A DNA stretch of 64,000 bases from Lama guanicoe. Taxonomy: Eukaryota. Location of the stretch: contig MU053881.1 in NCBI GenBank assembly GCA_013239625.1, forward strand, positions 310,001-374,000, written 5' to 3'. Made by a program: the position numbers and the translations under genes. The notes beneath the pieces are model-generated. The model did no database searches. It saw only the letters and a program-made list of their open reading frames with translations, and had not been told where the DNA came from. This document shows positions 1 to 15,015 of this stretch, piece after piece. Within the stretch, counting starts at the first letter, position 1. Each line of letters begins with the position of its first letter.

Positions 1-539
1 CTGTTTGGTAATCTTCAGTGGGGGCATGCGGTGCCGATCTGGCTCTTTCTCTCCAGTCACGGCCCTCCCCCCCACCTTTCCTGTCTCCCTGCCCCCCGCA
101 CAGGCACAGCACGGCCGGGCGTGGGTCGGCCCCGTATTGTGCTCTGCGCCGTCCTGACCTGTCAGCGGCTTTCACGGCCGAGCCTGTGCTTATGCCATGA
201 TTGCATTTCTTCCCCTCTCACCTTCTTGTCCCGAGAGCTAACAGCGTTTGTCTCTTATTTATTAGAGTTTTGGCCTTTGCTGTTTGTTTGGTTTGGTTTG
301 GTTTTTTAAGGAGGGAGTGGCTTTGCAGGTCCTTATTGGTAATTTACCCTCCGCTTTCTGCCTGGCGTCTAAGTCGTCTCTCACTGCATCCAGGTGCTGT
401 AGCTATTTCGTCAGTTTGAGCGTCTCCTGGAGCTGCGGTCCTGCTCACACCTGGGTTGGCTGCGCCCAGACCTGATGCACGGGCCTCATCCTGGCCCTCG
501 CCCCAGCATGCTCCTGGGGATTTCCTCCACCTTTCTCTG

Positions 540-1100
540 ACGTTGGGGGTCCTTGCTTCCTGACCCCTTTCTCTCGGATTACTGCTTTGTTTCGGTGGGA
601 CACATCCTCCAGTAGCTTCCCCAGAAGTGGTGCCTGGGAGGTAAACTTTTCGAGAACTCGGATACCTGAAACTCTCTGTTTTGCTCTATCCCATGAGCAG
701 TGCTTTGGTTGGATATAAAGTTCTTAGTTACAGAGCAGTTGCCCTCGGAGGTGTAAATACAGTGCCCTGCTGTAGTGCAGTGTAGTGTGGCTTTTGGACT
801 TTATGATGTCATTGTTGTTACTAATCCTTTGCAAGTGCCCTGGTTTGGGTTTTGCTTTATCTCTAGAAACATTTTTTAAAGTTTCTTTGTTTCTTATATT
901 CTGAAATGTGGTGATATGCCTTGAGATGGAATTTTTTCACTAATGTGGTAGGCACTTGGGGGGTACTCCGGTCTGGAAGGGTATGCCATAGAGTTCTGGG
1001 AAATTTGTGTTATTTCTTTCAGAATGCCTTCTTTACATGTTCTTTATTCTGCCCTTTTCTGAAGTACCAGTTAATTGGAACTCTTTTTCATCTTTAAAAG
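540..1100 (-). mobile_element. Ancient L1ME/HAL1-like fragment (antisense)
   Basis: Motifs such as 'cagtagcttcccagaagtggtgcctgggaggtaaactttt' resemble antisense old L1/HAL1; T-rich; boundaries approximate. Confidence 0.4.
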
Positions 1101-1114
1101 TTCCTTTTTGTAGC

Positions 1115-1630
1115 ATTTTTTTTTCAATTGAAGTGTAATTGATTTGCAATACTGCATTAGTTTCGGGCGTGCAGCACAGTGAGCAAGCATCTTTGCAGAT
1201 TGTGCTCCATTATAGGTTGTCGCAAAATAATGGGTGTAATTCCCTTAGCTGTGTGGTAACTCCCTGTGTCCTATCTGTCTTATATATAATAGTTTGTATC
1301 TGTTAATGCCATACCCCTAATTTTCCCTCCTCTTCCCTCCCCTCTTTGTTAACCACGTTTGTTTTCTGTATCTGTGAGTCTGTTTTGTATATACTTTCAT
1401 GGGTATTATTTTTTAGGTTCCAAGTGATATCATTTAGTATTTGTCTTTCTCTGACTTATCTCACTAAGCATAATATTCTCTAGGTCCATCTACGTTGCTG
1501 CAGATGGCAGTATTTCATTATTTTTCTGGCTGAATAATATTCCCTTGTGTCTATATATACCCCACATCTTAATCCCGTTGTCTGTTGACGGGCACTTGGG
1601 TTCCTTCCATGTCTTGGCTGTTGTAAACAG
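1115..1630 (-). mobile_element. 5'-truncated L1 3' end
   Basis: Poly-T then 'caattgaagtgtaattgatttgcaatac...catttagtatttgtctttctctgacttatctcactaagcataat...ttccatgtcttggctgttgtaaa', typical antisense L1 3' UTR/ORF2 end; 'agcatttt' flanks both sides (candidate TSD). Confidence 0.8.
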
Positions 1631-2389
1631 CATTTTGTTCTTGCAGGGAGGCACTTTCATCTCTACGAAGATAAAATTTCTTTGAAGCTTTTTATTGCTA
1701 CCTGCATTGTTTTTCTTTCCCCTGAGTTCTTTTTTTTAGTGTGTGTTTAAAGACTGAAGCATTCGAAGCCCAAGTGGAAGTGTGTGGTTTGGGATTGTTG
1801 AATGAGGGGTTTTTCTCCAGGGCAGTGGGCACCCACAGGTATCTCTGTTTGAGGGTCTTTTCCGTGGGCATTGCTTAGTTTCTCTAGAGAGGCTCCTCCA
1901 GCCTCATGACTGAGGGAGGTCAGCCTGGCTGCTGGGGTGAGAGGCTGTGTCGGGTGGGGTCTCACGTGGCAGAATGCAGATCTCCAGCACGGTGCCCTGC
2001 CTTCAGGCTGGGCCCCTCACCCGTCCCCCCCCCCGGGCTTCGTACCAGCACATCTGTTGGCATTGTGCCTGGGGCCTGAGTCTGGAAACTCGGTTTCATT
2101 TTTTCTAGATAATAGGCCAATAGGAGTGAAGAAGGTGGGTGGATTTGGGGTCTAGGAAGTCTGCCTTGGCTTTTATGTGAACCTTCCCCCACAAAACCCC
2201 TCTGTGTCCTGCTTCCTGCCTCCCCCTGCCTTCTGAGTACCTGAGCACTTCCCAGGTGTCATGGTCCACATCATCTCTCTGTAGGCCACTCCCCGAGATT
2301 GGATTTTACTTCACTCAGTCAAGCCATTTATTCAGCCCGGCCACTTTACATCCCCATAGAGCACGCAGAGTTTTTCATGGAAGGCATTA

Positions 2390-3900
2390 GTGGACCGGAA
2401 TGGCGTTAGACATGCAAGAGGTGCACTGAGAGAGGGCCTGTGAGGGAGAAGAGCGGGAGCAAGTCAGAGGAGGTGGGCAGGCTGGCAGGGGGCCAGGCAG
2501 GGCGTGAAGGAGGGCTGGGGGCCGGCAGCAGGTGGCAGCGTGGCTCTCAGAGAGCTTGCTGGCCCCTGAGTTCTAGAGCTGCCTGTCAGAGTCTGCTGTC
2601 CTGTAGCCACTGGCCAGGAGCAGCCATGGGGTGTCTGGCCTTGTCATGAGCAGGGCGGGGGCTCAGGGTACCACGGTGGGGTGTCTACAGTTGCCTTCCC
2701 ACAGTGGGGAGCCAAAGAAGCATTTTCATGGCACTGCCGTCCACCCTTGCGCCCCTCAGCTCTACTCCCCACACAGGTCAGGAGCAGCCCCTCAGACTCC
2801 TCGAGGGCCTTCCTCCCTGAGGCAAAGGGACCAACTCTAGCTCCTGTCAGTACAGTTGACCTCGGGGCCACGGCAGGTACTTGTCCTCCCCCTTCTGTGT
2901 CATCCGTGCCCTCAGCCGTCACCTTGGCGGGTTTCTGTGCCTTACCTGGAGGTGACCCAGACTTCATTCCTGAGGGGACCAAGACTGGTGGCTCACAGTG
3001 GCCGCTGCGTCCATGGGCCCACCCAGCGGTCATCTCCCCAGTCCCTGCGTGTGTGATTGGAACTGATACGCTTGACAGTTGGAGTGACCCCTACACTGGT
3101 TTCTTTGGCCTGTGACGTAAGAGTTATCATGATGGAGAAGGCCGAGTGGAAACCTGAAACTGCCCCTCAGGACAGTAACTCAGAAGCATTATGGAACTCT
3201 GGGAGGTGGGGGAGACAGAGGAGGTCAGTGCTGCCGTTAAAACCTGAAGAATGCCAGGACGGAGGTCCTTCTCATGTCCCAGCTCAACTCACCAGTCCAG
3301 CCTTTGAAGAAACTCGGTGAATGCTAGAGAGTGAAGCCGACCAGCTGGCATCCTGATCACACTGCCGTGCTGGGCACGTGCTGCTGCCAGAGCAGGGTAA
3401 CGCGGCCCCGGGTGGGCTGCAGCCCTGCAGGGGCAGGTGCTGTCTTCCACACTGACTGCGAAAGGGGATCGGAACCCTTTCACAGCCTTGTGGGACGGAC
3501 AGCGAAGTCCGTCCACAGTTCTGCCCTGGGCCTGTGTCATAATACAGATGAAAGAGCTGGAGCAGTTCCATTCATTGCCTGGCGTCCACAACCCCCCCCC
3601 ACCAGCTAGGGGAGGCGTGATGTCGCTCTGGGTCTTCGACTTTCACTGTCCACTCAGAACATGTGTCCAGTACTTCTCCAAATGTCTCAGCCTCCTGTCC
3701 CCACGTGTAGTCATCTGAGTAAGTGGTCAGAGTGGACTCTTGTCACAGTGTGCAGGGACATCTCTTCAGGCAGCAGGTTCTGGACCCGAGCACTGACCAG
3801 GAATGGTGACGGTTTGTGGGGTGAGGCCCTCAACACCCCCCTTGTCCTTTCTTGGTTCCAGATGCACCCTTACTGGCTGCCCCCAGGCCGCCACACGCTA
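2390..3900 (-). mobile_element. Degenerate ERV-L provirus fragment (LTR16-like LTR plus pro/pol remnants) with internal inversion
   Basis: Minus strand ETFGEVLDTCSEWTVKVEDPERHH (LDTC at 3659-3670) resembles ERV-L protease; plus strand HPAVISPVPACVIGTDTLDSWSDPYTG, VIMMEKAEWKP, PFTALWDGQRSPSTVLP, LCHN resemble protease C-term/RT; minus PSGMK...PPGK..KPAKVTAEG resembles ERV-L 3' internal end; PPT-like CAAGGGTGGAC (~2739-2749) precedes LTR-like 2390-2738. Confidence 0.75.
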
Positions 3901-5257
3901 TTAGCCGTGCCCACACTGTGGGTCAAGCCCCTCAATTTAGGTGTCGTTTCTGTTTTAATGTTTGTTTCTTGTTTTCCTTGTTTGGGATGGTCTTCAGAAT
4001 TTGAAGGGGCAGAACCATCTTTACTTCGTCATCTTCAAACTGCAAGTGCAGCTCATTTTGGAAAGCCGTAGCGTGTGGAGGCTGAGGGAGAGCGGCTGGG
4101 CATGTGGGGACCCTCAGGAGCCTCGGGACCTCTTCAGACACTTCGCTGTTGGCACGCGCTGGGAGGCAGCCTCCACTCCCATCCTGCCGCGACGGCTGTC
4201 CATACCTTTCCCAGCCGGGTTCGCGTTTTATATCGTAATTTCCCAGCAGATGGCAGTGAAGTGCGTTGTTCCCACAGAGCCAGTGCAGGAGGACGATTTT
4301 CTGACCGGTGCAGGTGGCTGGATGGACGTGGTTTCTAATTTCCTCAGCAGCTCATCAGGCTGCCTGGCAGCTTGTCCACGTGGCTGCGCGGTAGTTCACG
4401 GGGCTGCTGGGCGGTAAAGTACAGACATTTCAAATTTTAAAAAATCAGGCTCCTAGAAAGCAAGCACCTGTTGCCATCCCCTCCAACGTGTGAGCAGGAC
4501 TGTTTCTGCTGCTCCCTCCAGCACGGGGTTTGCCGTTCCTTTCCTGAGGGCCAGAAGAGAGGCTCGTGGCAGTGCCTCGTTGTTCGGATTTTTTGTTTCT
4601 CGTTTGTGTGTTTAATTTTCTTGACGTGGAGCATTATTTTATCTGTTAGTAATTTGTATTCTAAAATGCCTGTTCTTACCGTATTCTTTGATTTAAAAAA
4701 AAAAACAAGGAAGCTAGAAACAAACTGAACAAACTGGTTTGCTTTCCCTTCACTGCACCCCTGGCTCCTCACAGGAAGGGGCTGCCTCCTGGCTTTCCCC
4801 TGTGCAGAAGAGCAGCTACAGTGAAGGTGGTCGCGCCCCGCTCAGGCCTCCCTCCCGTCGGGAAGCGCTCTGGGACCAGCCAGGGGCTGGTGCATCTGCC
4901 TGGGGCTTGCTGGGGATTTTCAGTGTTTTAAAGCAATATATATTTATAAGTTATATTTTACTAAATCCAGGAAGTTTGGAAGGAGAACGCACTCAGCAGC
5001 AATGAAACGTAATTCTAGCTGACGTAACTTCTAAATGTTTTTCTGCTTATCCTGGTAACACTTGAAGATGTCACTGTCTCGAGCACACCTATGCCTGTTG
5101 GTGACACATTAACTGGAAAGTTTCAGCCAGACACTGGGCCTGAAACACTGCTTGAAGATCTCCCAGGCCTTGCTGTGCGGCCGTTTGATGTTGCAGCTAC
5201 ACACTGGAAAGCACTTGTGAAAAGAATAGGTGTGGATTGTTCAGAAGTCACAGTTTC

Positions 5258-5391
5258 GGGGGGGAGGGTACAGCTTAAGTGCCAGAGCACTTGCCTGGCA
5301 TGCGTGAGGTCCTGGGTTCAATTCCCAGTACCTCCTCTGAAAATAAGTAAATAATCGCATCTAATTACCTCCCTCCCACCAAAAAAATTTA
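5258..5391 (+). mobile_element. tRNA-Ala-derived SINE (Vic-1-like, long tail)
   Basis: GGGGAGGGTACAGCTTAAGTG...GGTCCTGGGTTCAATTCCCAGTACCTCC, A-rich tail; 13-bp TSD AAGTCACAGTTTC at 5245-5257 and 5392-5404. Confidence 0.9.
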
Positions 5392-5914
5392 AAGTCACAG
5401 TTTCTAGGGTGTTTACAGACCGGAGCAAGAGTCAGATTCCTGTGGCCTGAGGATGAGTCTGGGGCGTGGAGGATCACCGTGAAGAAATGAGGGAAAAACC
5501 GCAGAAGTTGTGTTAAGCTGTTGTTGAGAGTATGGTGGAGTGTGCTGCTGACTCGGCAGACATTCTCCGAGTGTCCGCTGTCAGGCTCGGTGCGGAGAGC
5601 ACAGCCAGGGCCCTCCAGGGCCTCCCGGCACAGAGCCGTGCTGGGAGGGAAAGAGGAGGGGCGTGGAGGGTGGCATGTGTGGTGGGGAGTGGTGGTCCCA
5701 GCGGAGGGATGGGAAGCTGGGGCTGGGGGTCACGGGATTCTTCTTCCAAGAAAAGAAGACGCCTTTGGAAGATTCCAGGGTCAGAGGATCCTGACCCTGT
5801 GCTGTTCGGTAGGCTAGTGTGGCCACTTGCTCCTGAGCACGCAGAATGTGGCTGTGATTGTAAATAAACCCTGGATTTCAAAGACCGTAACAACAACAAC
5901 ATCATCAAAAGAAT

Positions 5915-6092
5915 GCAAAATAGCTCATTAATAATTTTTATACGTTGGTTATATTTTAAAATGATAATACTATGAAGATATATTGGATTAAAGAAAACAT
6001 ATTATTAAAATTAATTTTACCTATTTCTAGTCACTCTTTTTAAGGTGGCTACTAGCAAATGTTTAAATTAGTAATTATGTCTAATTCGGACA
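5915..6092 (-). mobile_element. MER3/MER33-like hAT-Charlie fragment
   Basis: AT-rich 'gatatattggattaaagaaaacatattattaaaattaattttacc...gtggctactag' resembles recalled MER3/MER33 consensus. Confidence 0.55.
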
Positions 6093-6422
6093 GGAGGGGA
6101 GAGCCAGCCGGTTGGGAACTGAAGGCTGAGCAGGCGTGGGGGGGTGGGGAGGGGTTGTGGGAGTTCTCAGAAGGGATGTTGAGGTTCCCACACGGGTGAG
6201 GGCCACCATCCTCCCTGTCTAGGCTGATCTGTGTTAGTTTCAGTTTGAGAGTAGGATTTTCCGAAATGATTCCAAAATCCAGGGCTCAGTTCTAACTTTC
6301 CTCCTCTTCCTAGCCCTCTCTCGTACTGCAGTGGTCACTGACCTCACAAACCCTCTGCAATGTGAGATTGTTTTCTTAGCCTGTTTGGTCCATTTTATTA
6401 ATTTAAACCATTTCCGTCCTAG

Positions 6423-6668
<246 letters not shown>

Positions 6669-7537
6669 TGAACTGTGTGAGATGTACGTGGGGTCTGTGT
6701 AATAGGCAGACTGTCACAGCCCTTGGATAGGACATCGCTTGTTTTATATTTCCATTAGTTAACGTTATTCACTTTTAAAAATTCACTTTTGGGATTCATA
6801 TTTTTGAACGTTTATCACGAGTGTGACATACATACATACCTACAGAAAAGCGTGCAAGTTGCCAGCGTGCAGCTGAGTGGGAGCTCACGCGCGCAGCCAG
6901 CAGCACCTGGGCCCCTCCGGCCTCAGCCCCCCCGGGGAAGCCGTGACCCTGACATGTAGCGCCTTGGGGTGGTTTTGCTTATTTTCAAACTTAGGTAAAT
7001 GGAATAATACAACATGCTTTTTTGCGTAAAGTTAGTTTTGTTTTTAACAGTAAAACTTATTTTAGCAATATCACAGCTCTTTGAAACTTAGCTTTTGTCA
7101 AAAAGAACTAAATTACATTTACTTGTTTAAAAAAAAAAAAAGGAGTCTAAAATTCGCCCAAGTCATCTGAAGTGAGCTGTGCTTCAGGCTTACTCAGATG
7201 TTCTATAACCTGTGCCACATGCTGACTCCGCAGCTGTGGGCTTCTGGTCCCCTGTGTCACGGGAGCCTCTCCCACCCCGCCCCCGCCAGCAGAGGCCCTC
7301 ATTAGCCCTCTGCCTGGGCATCTGAGGCCTGGGGCGCAGCCGGGCCCCCACAGGAGAGGGTGAATGGCCTGAAGGTGGGGCGCCCCAGCCCCACCTCCCC
7401 TGGAGCCCAGACAAGCGTGCCCCACGAGGCCTCGCTGCCTTGCCAGTAGAAGAGGACCGTTCTGGAGTTGTGGGGTACCTGTTTTACGAATGCTCCACAG
7501 ACAGGCTGGGTTTGCCTTTGTTTGGGAGGGGGTTTGA

Positions 7538-7780
<243 letters not shown>

Positions 7781-7945
7781 TAAAGCCATGAAGTATTGGA
7801 ATTTGGGCATTAAAAGCCCATATTGCTGCAAACTGAAGGCTAAAACAGAGGTCAGCAATCTTTCACATGGCGTGGAAAGTCCACCCTTAGCTAGCAATTT
7901 ATTTTCCATATTTGTGTGTTTAGCTCCCTGTTAGAATTCCTTTCC

Positions 7946-8195
<250 letters not shown>

Positions 8196-10980
8196 TAGTG
8201 TCACAAGCCAAATGGTTCAATTTTCTGTTTTCTTTTTTACTTGACTACCTGTAACAATTTTATTGAAGCGTGGAGTTAAGTTAAACCAATTTATATTAGT
8301 TCTTAATTTTATCAGAATAGCTTATAAGACATTTATTTACTCTTACAAATGTATTCTGATATTTAAATGAAAATACTGTTTATTTAGTTCATTCAATTAC
8401 TTTAACTATCTAGGAAGTTGCTGTCTAGATCTAATAGGCCAGTATCCTTGTGTAATTTGATCCAATACTATTTTATTAGTTATCGGGATGCAAAATATTT
8501 CCCCCCAAAGTAAGAACTGAAGCACACTACGTAAGACCTAAATGAAGAAGATTAAAGTGAAAAGTTTGTGGGAAACAATAATGTTAAATTTTGTTTGTTA
8601 CTCCACTGACATCTTATAGAAAATTTCAGAAGATCCACTTACAAGGTTATTTTGTGACACACTGGGAAGTCTAAATAAACATAAAATGCAAAAAATTAAC
8701 TTATACTATGGTCAGCAAATCATGTTAATGACACAGCATAAAGGAGAATGGATAACATAATCATCGCAACAGCTTTCTTTTCTCATATTCCTCGTACTCT
8801 TCCATCTTCAGTATCTTTTACCCTAACATGGATCTTCACTTTTCCCCTTTTTCATTTGTGTTCTAACCACCTGCTGTTTTTGTTGGTCTTTGATTTTGTG
8901 TTTTGTTATGAAAGCTTAAAGTGGTCTCTGTTGGCAGATTGATGGTTCTCTTTCAAAGAAATGAAGCTGAGCATTTAATGTTTTGTATGTGTTTTATCAA
9001 AGTAATTTTAGTTTTTTGTAATTTTATGAGGGTGGTTTTCTTGTAATATAAGTTCTTCACAACACCAACATGGAATGAAAAGATTTTATTCCTGTCATTT
9101 TATTTACCTGCCTTGACATTTTTCACATCACAGATTTTGTGTGAAGTTAAATACAACATTTTATTTTGTTCTAATAAATTTTCTAGCAACTTCCCACAGC
9201 CTTACCTTAGATTCAGTTGTTTCAGACTGTAAATAAGGAGGTCTTTAACTTGCAAATAAACTCACTTAAAAAGGGAAAAGTTGATGGATTCTAAAAAAAA
9301 AATAATTAAGAAGTATCTACTTAACATTCAGTTTGACTCAATTCTTACTCATTTTGTGTCTTGCGTTTTTTTTTATTGTTTCCTTCACAAAGTACAGAAA
9401 TGAAAAGTATGGAAAATTGTTGGTGCATTAAGTGATTTTAAATTCTTAATTTACATATTAACATCTTGCAATGTGAGTAATTAGTAATTTTATATGTAAG
9501 GTCACCCAGTGTCATTCTCAAAACACACACAGAGAGTATCATCATTTTACAAAGACAATTTTGCCAAGTTTTCCAAACAATAGATTAAAAACTACTAGGA
9601 TAGAAAAAGATTCTGGAAACCAGACTGTGGTTCTCAGAGATTTGCTTTTGATTCGTCACCTGGGGTAGAAAAGGACCTCCTGCCCCAATGTGGCGTGTGA
9701 GGAAGAGAAAGCTTTGGCCCGGCCCCTCCCAGAAAGCGAGGGAGCCTGGAGGCCAGGAAGCAGGTTTCTGAGCAGGCTCCCTGACTCTGCCAAAGGTGAG
9801 GCCTGAGAACTGACCACCGATGGAGGGGTGGTTACTGGCAACCTTGAAGGGCACAGAGTTCATGAGGTGAGGGGAGGAAAGGCTGATAAGAGAATGAGAG
9901 GCTGGGAATTCAAGCCACGAGTGTAGACCACTCTTTTTTTGCTGCAAATGGAAAAGGTAGCTAAGCCACAGATGTTCAGCCGAAAGAAAGTGGCTTTTGT
10001 TTTAAGACGGGAAGGAAAGAAATCGTATTTGATTGGTGATGAAGACCTCTAGGGGAGAGCAGAATGGTGACGGTACACCAGCAAGAAGAGAGGTACTGTG
10101 AGAGGTGAGAGGACCTCCTCCTTGGGTCTTTTAGGAACATGTGTCTGTTCCCATGGTTCTTTCACAGTGATGTGACTTCATTTTCTGAGACATACCTCAG
10201 TCACTTTTTAAGTCACTGTTCATTTGATTCCCCTGGCTTGCGTTCTCTCGAATAGTTTTTATGGTTTCAGAATCACTTGACACATGCTTCATGCCAGTTC
10301 TCTCAAGCCCCCAGTGAAAGAGGCGAAGCTGGTATTGGCTACAGTTGATAAATAGGAAGATGGGACTTGAGGGAGGCTGACTGCCCACCCAACACCTGAT
10401 GAGTGTCTAAGGCACAATGGAGCCTGAAACCCAGGTGACATAACTTTGAAAGGAAATAAAACACATTCTCGACTGCAGTGATGGTCAGCGCCAAGTAAAA
10501 CAGACGACCGACCTCTCACAGCTGCCACTGCTCCGTGCAAGCCCGCCGTAGTGGGACCGGACGTGGCGAGGGCTCAGGAAGCCCGGAGCCCTGGCTCCTG
10601 CCCCTGCCTTGTGCGCCCCGTGCCGCCAGGACTGCCTGGCAGAGCTGGCTTCCAGCTGTGAACTGAGGAGTCAGGGGGATCTCTCTACATTAGGGAGCTT
10701 CAGTATGAGAGCTGACTTCAATTTGCCCACGTAATTATCTAATTTCACGGTTAAAACATTCAGTCATAGGTATTCTTTAGTTACAAGATAACTTTATTTT
10801 GACCTAGAATGGGAAGGCATATAGACTTCATTGTACTGATTTAGTAAACTGTGATCAGAGTTTATAAAGATGCAGAGTTTTTTTAAATGGTCTTAACTTG
10901 GAAACGCAAACCTTATTTGAATGGTATTTCAAAATACTTCTGCTAAAAAAAAAATTTTCTTTAGTAACAACACAAATGTT

Positions 10981-11075
10981 GGGGGGAGGGTGGTAGGCTC
11001 AGTGGTAGAGGGCGTGCTTAGCACGCACGAGGCCCTGAATTCAATCCCCAGTACCTCCATTAAAATTTTTTTTTA
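10981..11075 (+). mobile_element. tRNA-Ala-derived SINE (Vic-1-like)
   Basis: GGGGAGGGTGGTAGGCTCAGTGGTAGAG...TTCAATCCCCAGTACCTCCATTAAAA. Confidence 0.85.
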
Positions 11076-11204
11076 AATGAAGAAATACAGAACAAAATGC
11101 TTCTGCTGACCCAGCGGGGTGGCCTGGTTAGTTAACTGTTGCTAGGTACAAATGTAATTTAAATTGCTCTCTGATTGGTGCTGCTTTACGTAACATGAAT
11201 ATAA

Positions 11205-11528
<324 letters not shown>

Positions 11529-12306
11529 TGAAATCCTCAAATAAAGTCGTTTGCAGGCTAGAATGAAGGTGTTTCGGAAAGAAAGCTTGAAGCCCCAGAA
11601 GTTTTGTCCTCAATAAGATGACTTAACTGAAGCCTTTGGTCAAAATTAAAATATTTACAGCAGTCTGAAAGACTCATGTTAATTATAGCAATTGGAATTC
11701 AGTCTTCAGGTATAAAGAGTACTTGAATAAAGAATCTGGCCCAGCTGAAGAGTCAGAAACCATATTATGGTTCAGTTGAAAAAGGCTCCTCCTCCCCTTC
11801 CCTGTGCCCATCACTAAAATGTTTTTTAAGGACAAAGAAGAGATTTGTTTCTCTCCACATCAAGGTATGCTGTGCCTCAGTCAGAAAAGCCCCAGCCCTC
11901 CTTTGCCTGCAGTCACTGAAATTGTTGGGGGGGTTTTCTAACTACTAATCTCTAGAATTAGTTTTTGCAAAATGTATGTTGCCACCTTTGTATACAGGTA
12001 GGTAGAGCAGAGGCATCTGTGGAGTGCTCTGTACTGTGCAAATATGAAATCACTGTGTGGCCTAAAAGGTCTGTCCGAATTTCATTTTGACACGACATCA
12101 AGACAAAGCGCTGGCTTGTGCTTCACGCCCGCGCTCTCGGCAGCGCCACCCTCGGCTCAGCTCCTGCACCTGCCTGGTCCCGGCTCCTCAGCCTTGGGCC
12201 TGTCCTCCCTCCCGGCTTCAGAGGCTGAAAGCACATCTGAGAGCCTGGTTCTGTCTGTGCTGTCGCATTTGGTTCTTGGTTGTGTGATTTTTCTGATTAG
12301 CATTAG

Positions 12307-12588
<282 letters not shown>

Positions 12589-13575
12589 TAACTGACGATA
12601 CTTCAGTTAAAAAAAAAAAAAAAGACGAACAAGTCCTAGATGTAAAGGAAATCCGGATTACAACAAGGCCGTGTGACGGGGGTCGCAGCCCCTTTGGGAC
12701 CCTTGTTACAGGGGCTCCCCTCAGAGCACCTCGGCGCAGACATGCTTTGCTGTGTTGATATAAGTCGTCTTCATTTATGCAGGTGATGACGTGTGATCAT
12801 AGCAGCACCTTTTCTAAGCATCCGTTTGTGTACCCGGGCCTTGGGCCTTCTTACGTCATCTTGTCTAGGCACCCAGCCAGGCCAGAGAAACGTGCTGAAA
12901 ATCACAAGTGTTTTCGTCCCTCCCTAGAGGGACCTGCGGGGGGCGCTCCACTTCAGAGTCGGACGCTCCTGTGTGTTCTTCTGCAGCAGCTCTGGTGCGG
13001 ATGACCTTTATTGGCAAGTGCAATCACCGCACAGTGGCGTGCTGCTTTTGTGCCATCAGTGGAACACATTTTTATGTCTTGGCCTATGGGTTCAACCACC
13101 ATTTTAACCACTGTTTTGTATGAAAAGAATCCAATTTACAAACACGTGATTCTAAGCAAAGTTTTGGAACAGCCATTCATGAATTGGGGATTGAGTCTGG
13201 GAGTCCCCACAGGAAAAAATGTAAACCTGAAGTGCGTTCTGCGGCTCCTGTATTTCCTAGCACGGCGCGGTGTCCGGGGTGGGGGGTCTCTGGGAAGCAG
13301 CCTGCGGTTGCCAGTTTTACCATTACGTTTGGGCAGTTGTCCTCAGAGTCTGATTAGTAAGAGGACCGTAATACCTCAATTTTTTTTTGGTTAATTCTTC
13401 CTTAATTATTTTGATTCTGAAACTGATGTAAATATCATACTTATGAAGAAATCTTTAATAAACTATATATTGAATGAAACCACATTCCTATTATAAATAC
13501 TTTAGAAGTTTTACAAGTGATTCTACCTTTTTCCTCATGCCTCACTATTTTTTTAACTGTTGATTTTACCTGTAA

Positions 13576-13683
<108 letters not shown>

Positions 13684-14943
13684 TGACATTCCTTTAACAG
13701 GAGCAGCTTTTCGCGCTTTGACAATAGCCTCTCTAAGGGAGGGGCAAGAGACCCTGCAGCCCGCCTCCCCTCTCTCTCCCCACCTCCCAGCAGAAAAAAA
13801 ACTTGAAAATAACAGAATTGGAGAGGAGCATGTATGAATTGAATATTATCTCAAAAGAGCAAGTAAAGGCTTTCACACAGTCTCGCGTTGTGCAGTCTTG
13901 GCCTGTGGGCTAAGCTCAGTAGCTGTATAGCACTCACCTTGATGACATGCTGCACGATGTTCGGCTACCCCCACCCACAGGCCCCCGTAAAGCAGACATG
14001 GGAGACCCCGCTGGGGCTACGCGAACTCCCGCTGCTCTTGTAAGCCATGTAGTTATATACGTGTTCATTTTTTTTAAAGGAGAGTCTGGAGAAAACTGCA
14101 GATCAAAAATATGCAAATAGTTATTATTACCACTATAAGATTAACCAAACAACCCACAACGAACTAAAGCAGTAATAAACAGGCTGAACCAAAAATTTTT
14201 CATTAAGAAGCAGAATCACTAGTAATTGGGAACTGTGATTGGCGCAAGTCAAGCGTGGTGGTGTGTCCTGCCTGAGGCCCCCTTCCCTGGGACGTCGGGA
14301 TACTGACGCCCTGCATGTGCACACACTCAGCAGAGCGTGCACACAGCCACACGCCCGGGCAACACGTGGCCCAGAGGCCTCACTGAGTGCTTACAATGTG
14401 CTGATTTTATTTCACGAATAGCAAAATTTTTGGAGCCCCCTAATAGCTTACTTAATAGGTGATTTGTTTTTCTTACGAATGAAAATTGAGGAAAACTGAG
14501 GTTGAAGCCAAGAAAAACCTTAGATACTGGGATTAATTCTGGCCAATCTGGAGGGTTGCATTTGGAGAACCACAGGTAATGATGGAGAAAAACACTTGCA
14601 AATAGGTGTGAGAACATCCACTGCTTTAAACTCTTCTGTGAGAGCCACTTTGCTGGTGCTTCCCTCTCTCCCTCCCCTCCTCTCACCTCCTCTCCCCAAG
14701 TCCCCCCTCTCTCTCGGTCCAGAACTACCCTACATTTTTGGCTGCCTGGATAGTCAGGTTGAACAAATAAAATGCCTCAAACATGGATGTTTTGGTTTGG
14801 TATAGGTAAACTGAATTAACTGTCTATCACAATTTAAAATAACACATCACAGTGCCCTTGGAGTGGTTCCAGTTGATTTAGAAGCAGGATTTAGAGTTGC
14901 AAAGAAACTGATAAAGCATTTTAACTTGCATTTCTGTTTGAAG

Positions 14944-15015
14944 AGCTAATTTACAAAGAAGTCATGGATTGGGAAGAAAGAAGCAAGAATGGTGTTGTAA
15001 AGGATCAGCCTTCAG
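14944..15015 (+). CDS. MAPK9: MAPK9 exon ([24 protein letters not shown])
   Basis: 72 nt; tttgaag acceptor, gttagt donor. Confidence 0.97.

Noticed and set aside
2681..3718. Domesticated retroviral gene
   Set aside because: Frameshifts, DTG-to-DTC active site, inversion and deletion indicate a decayed relic
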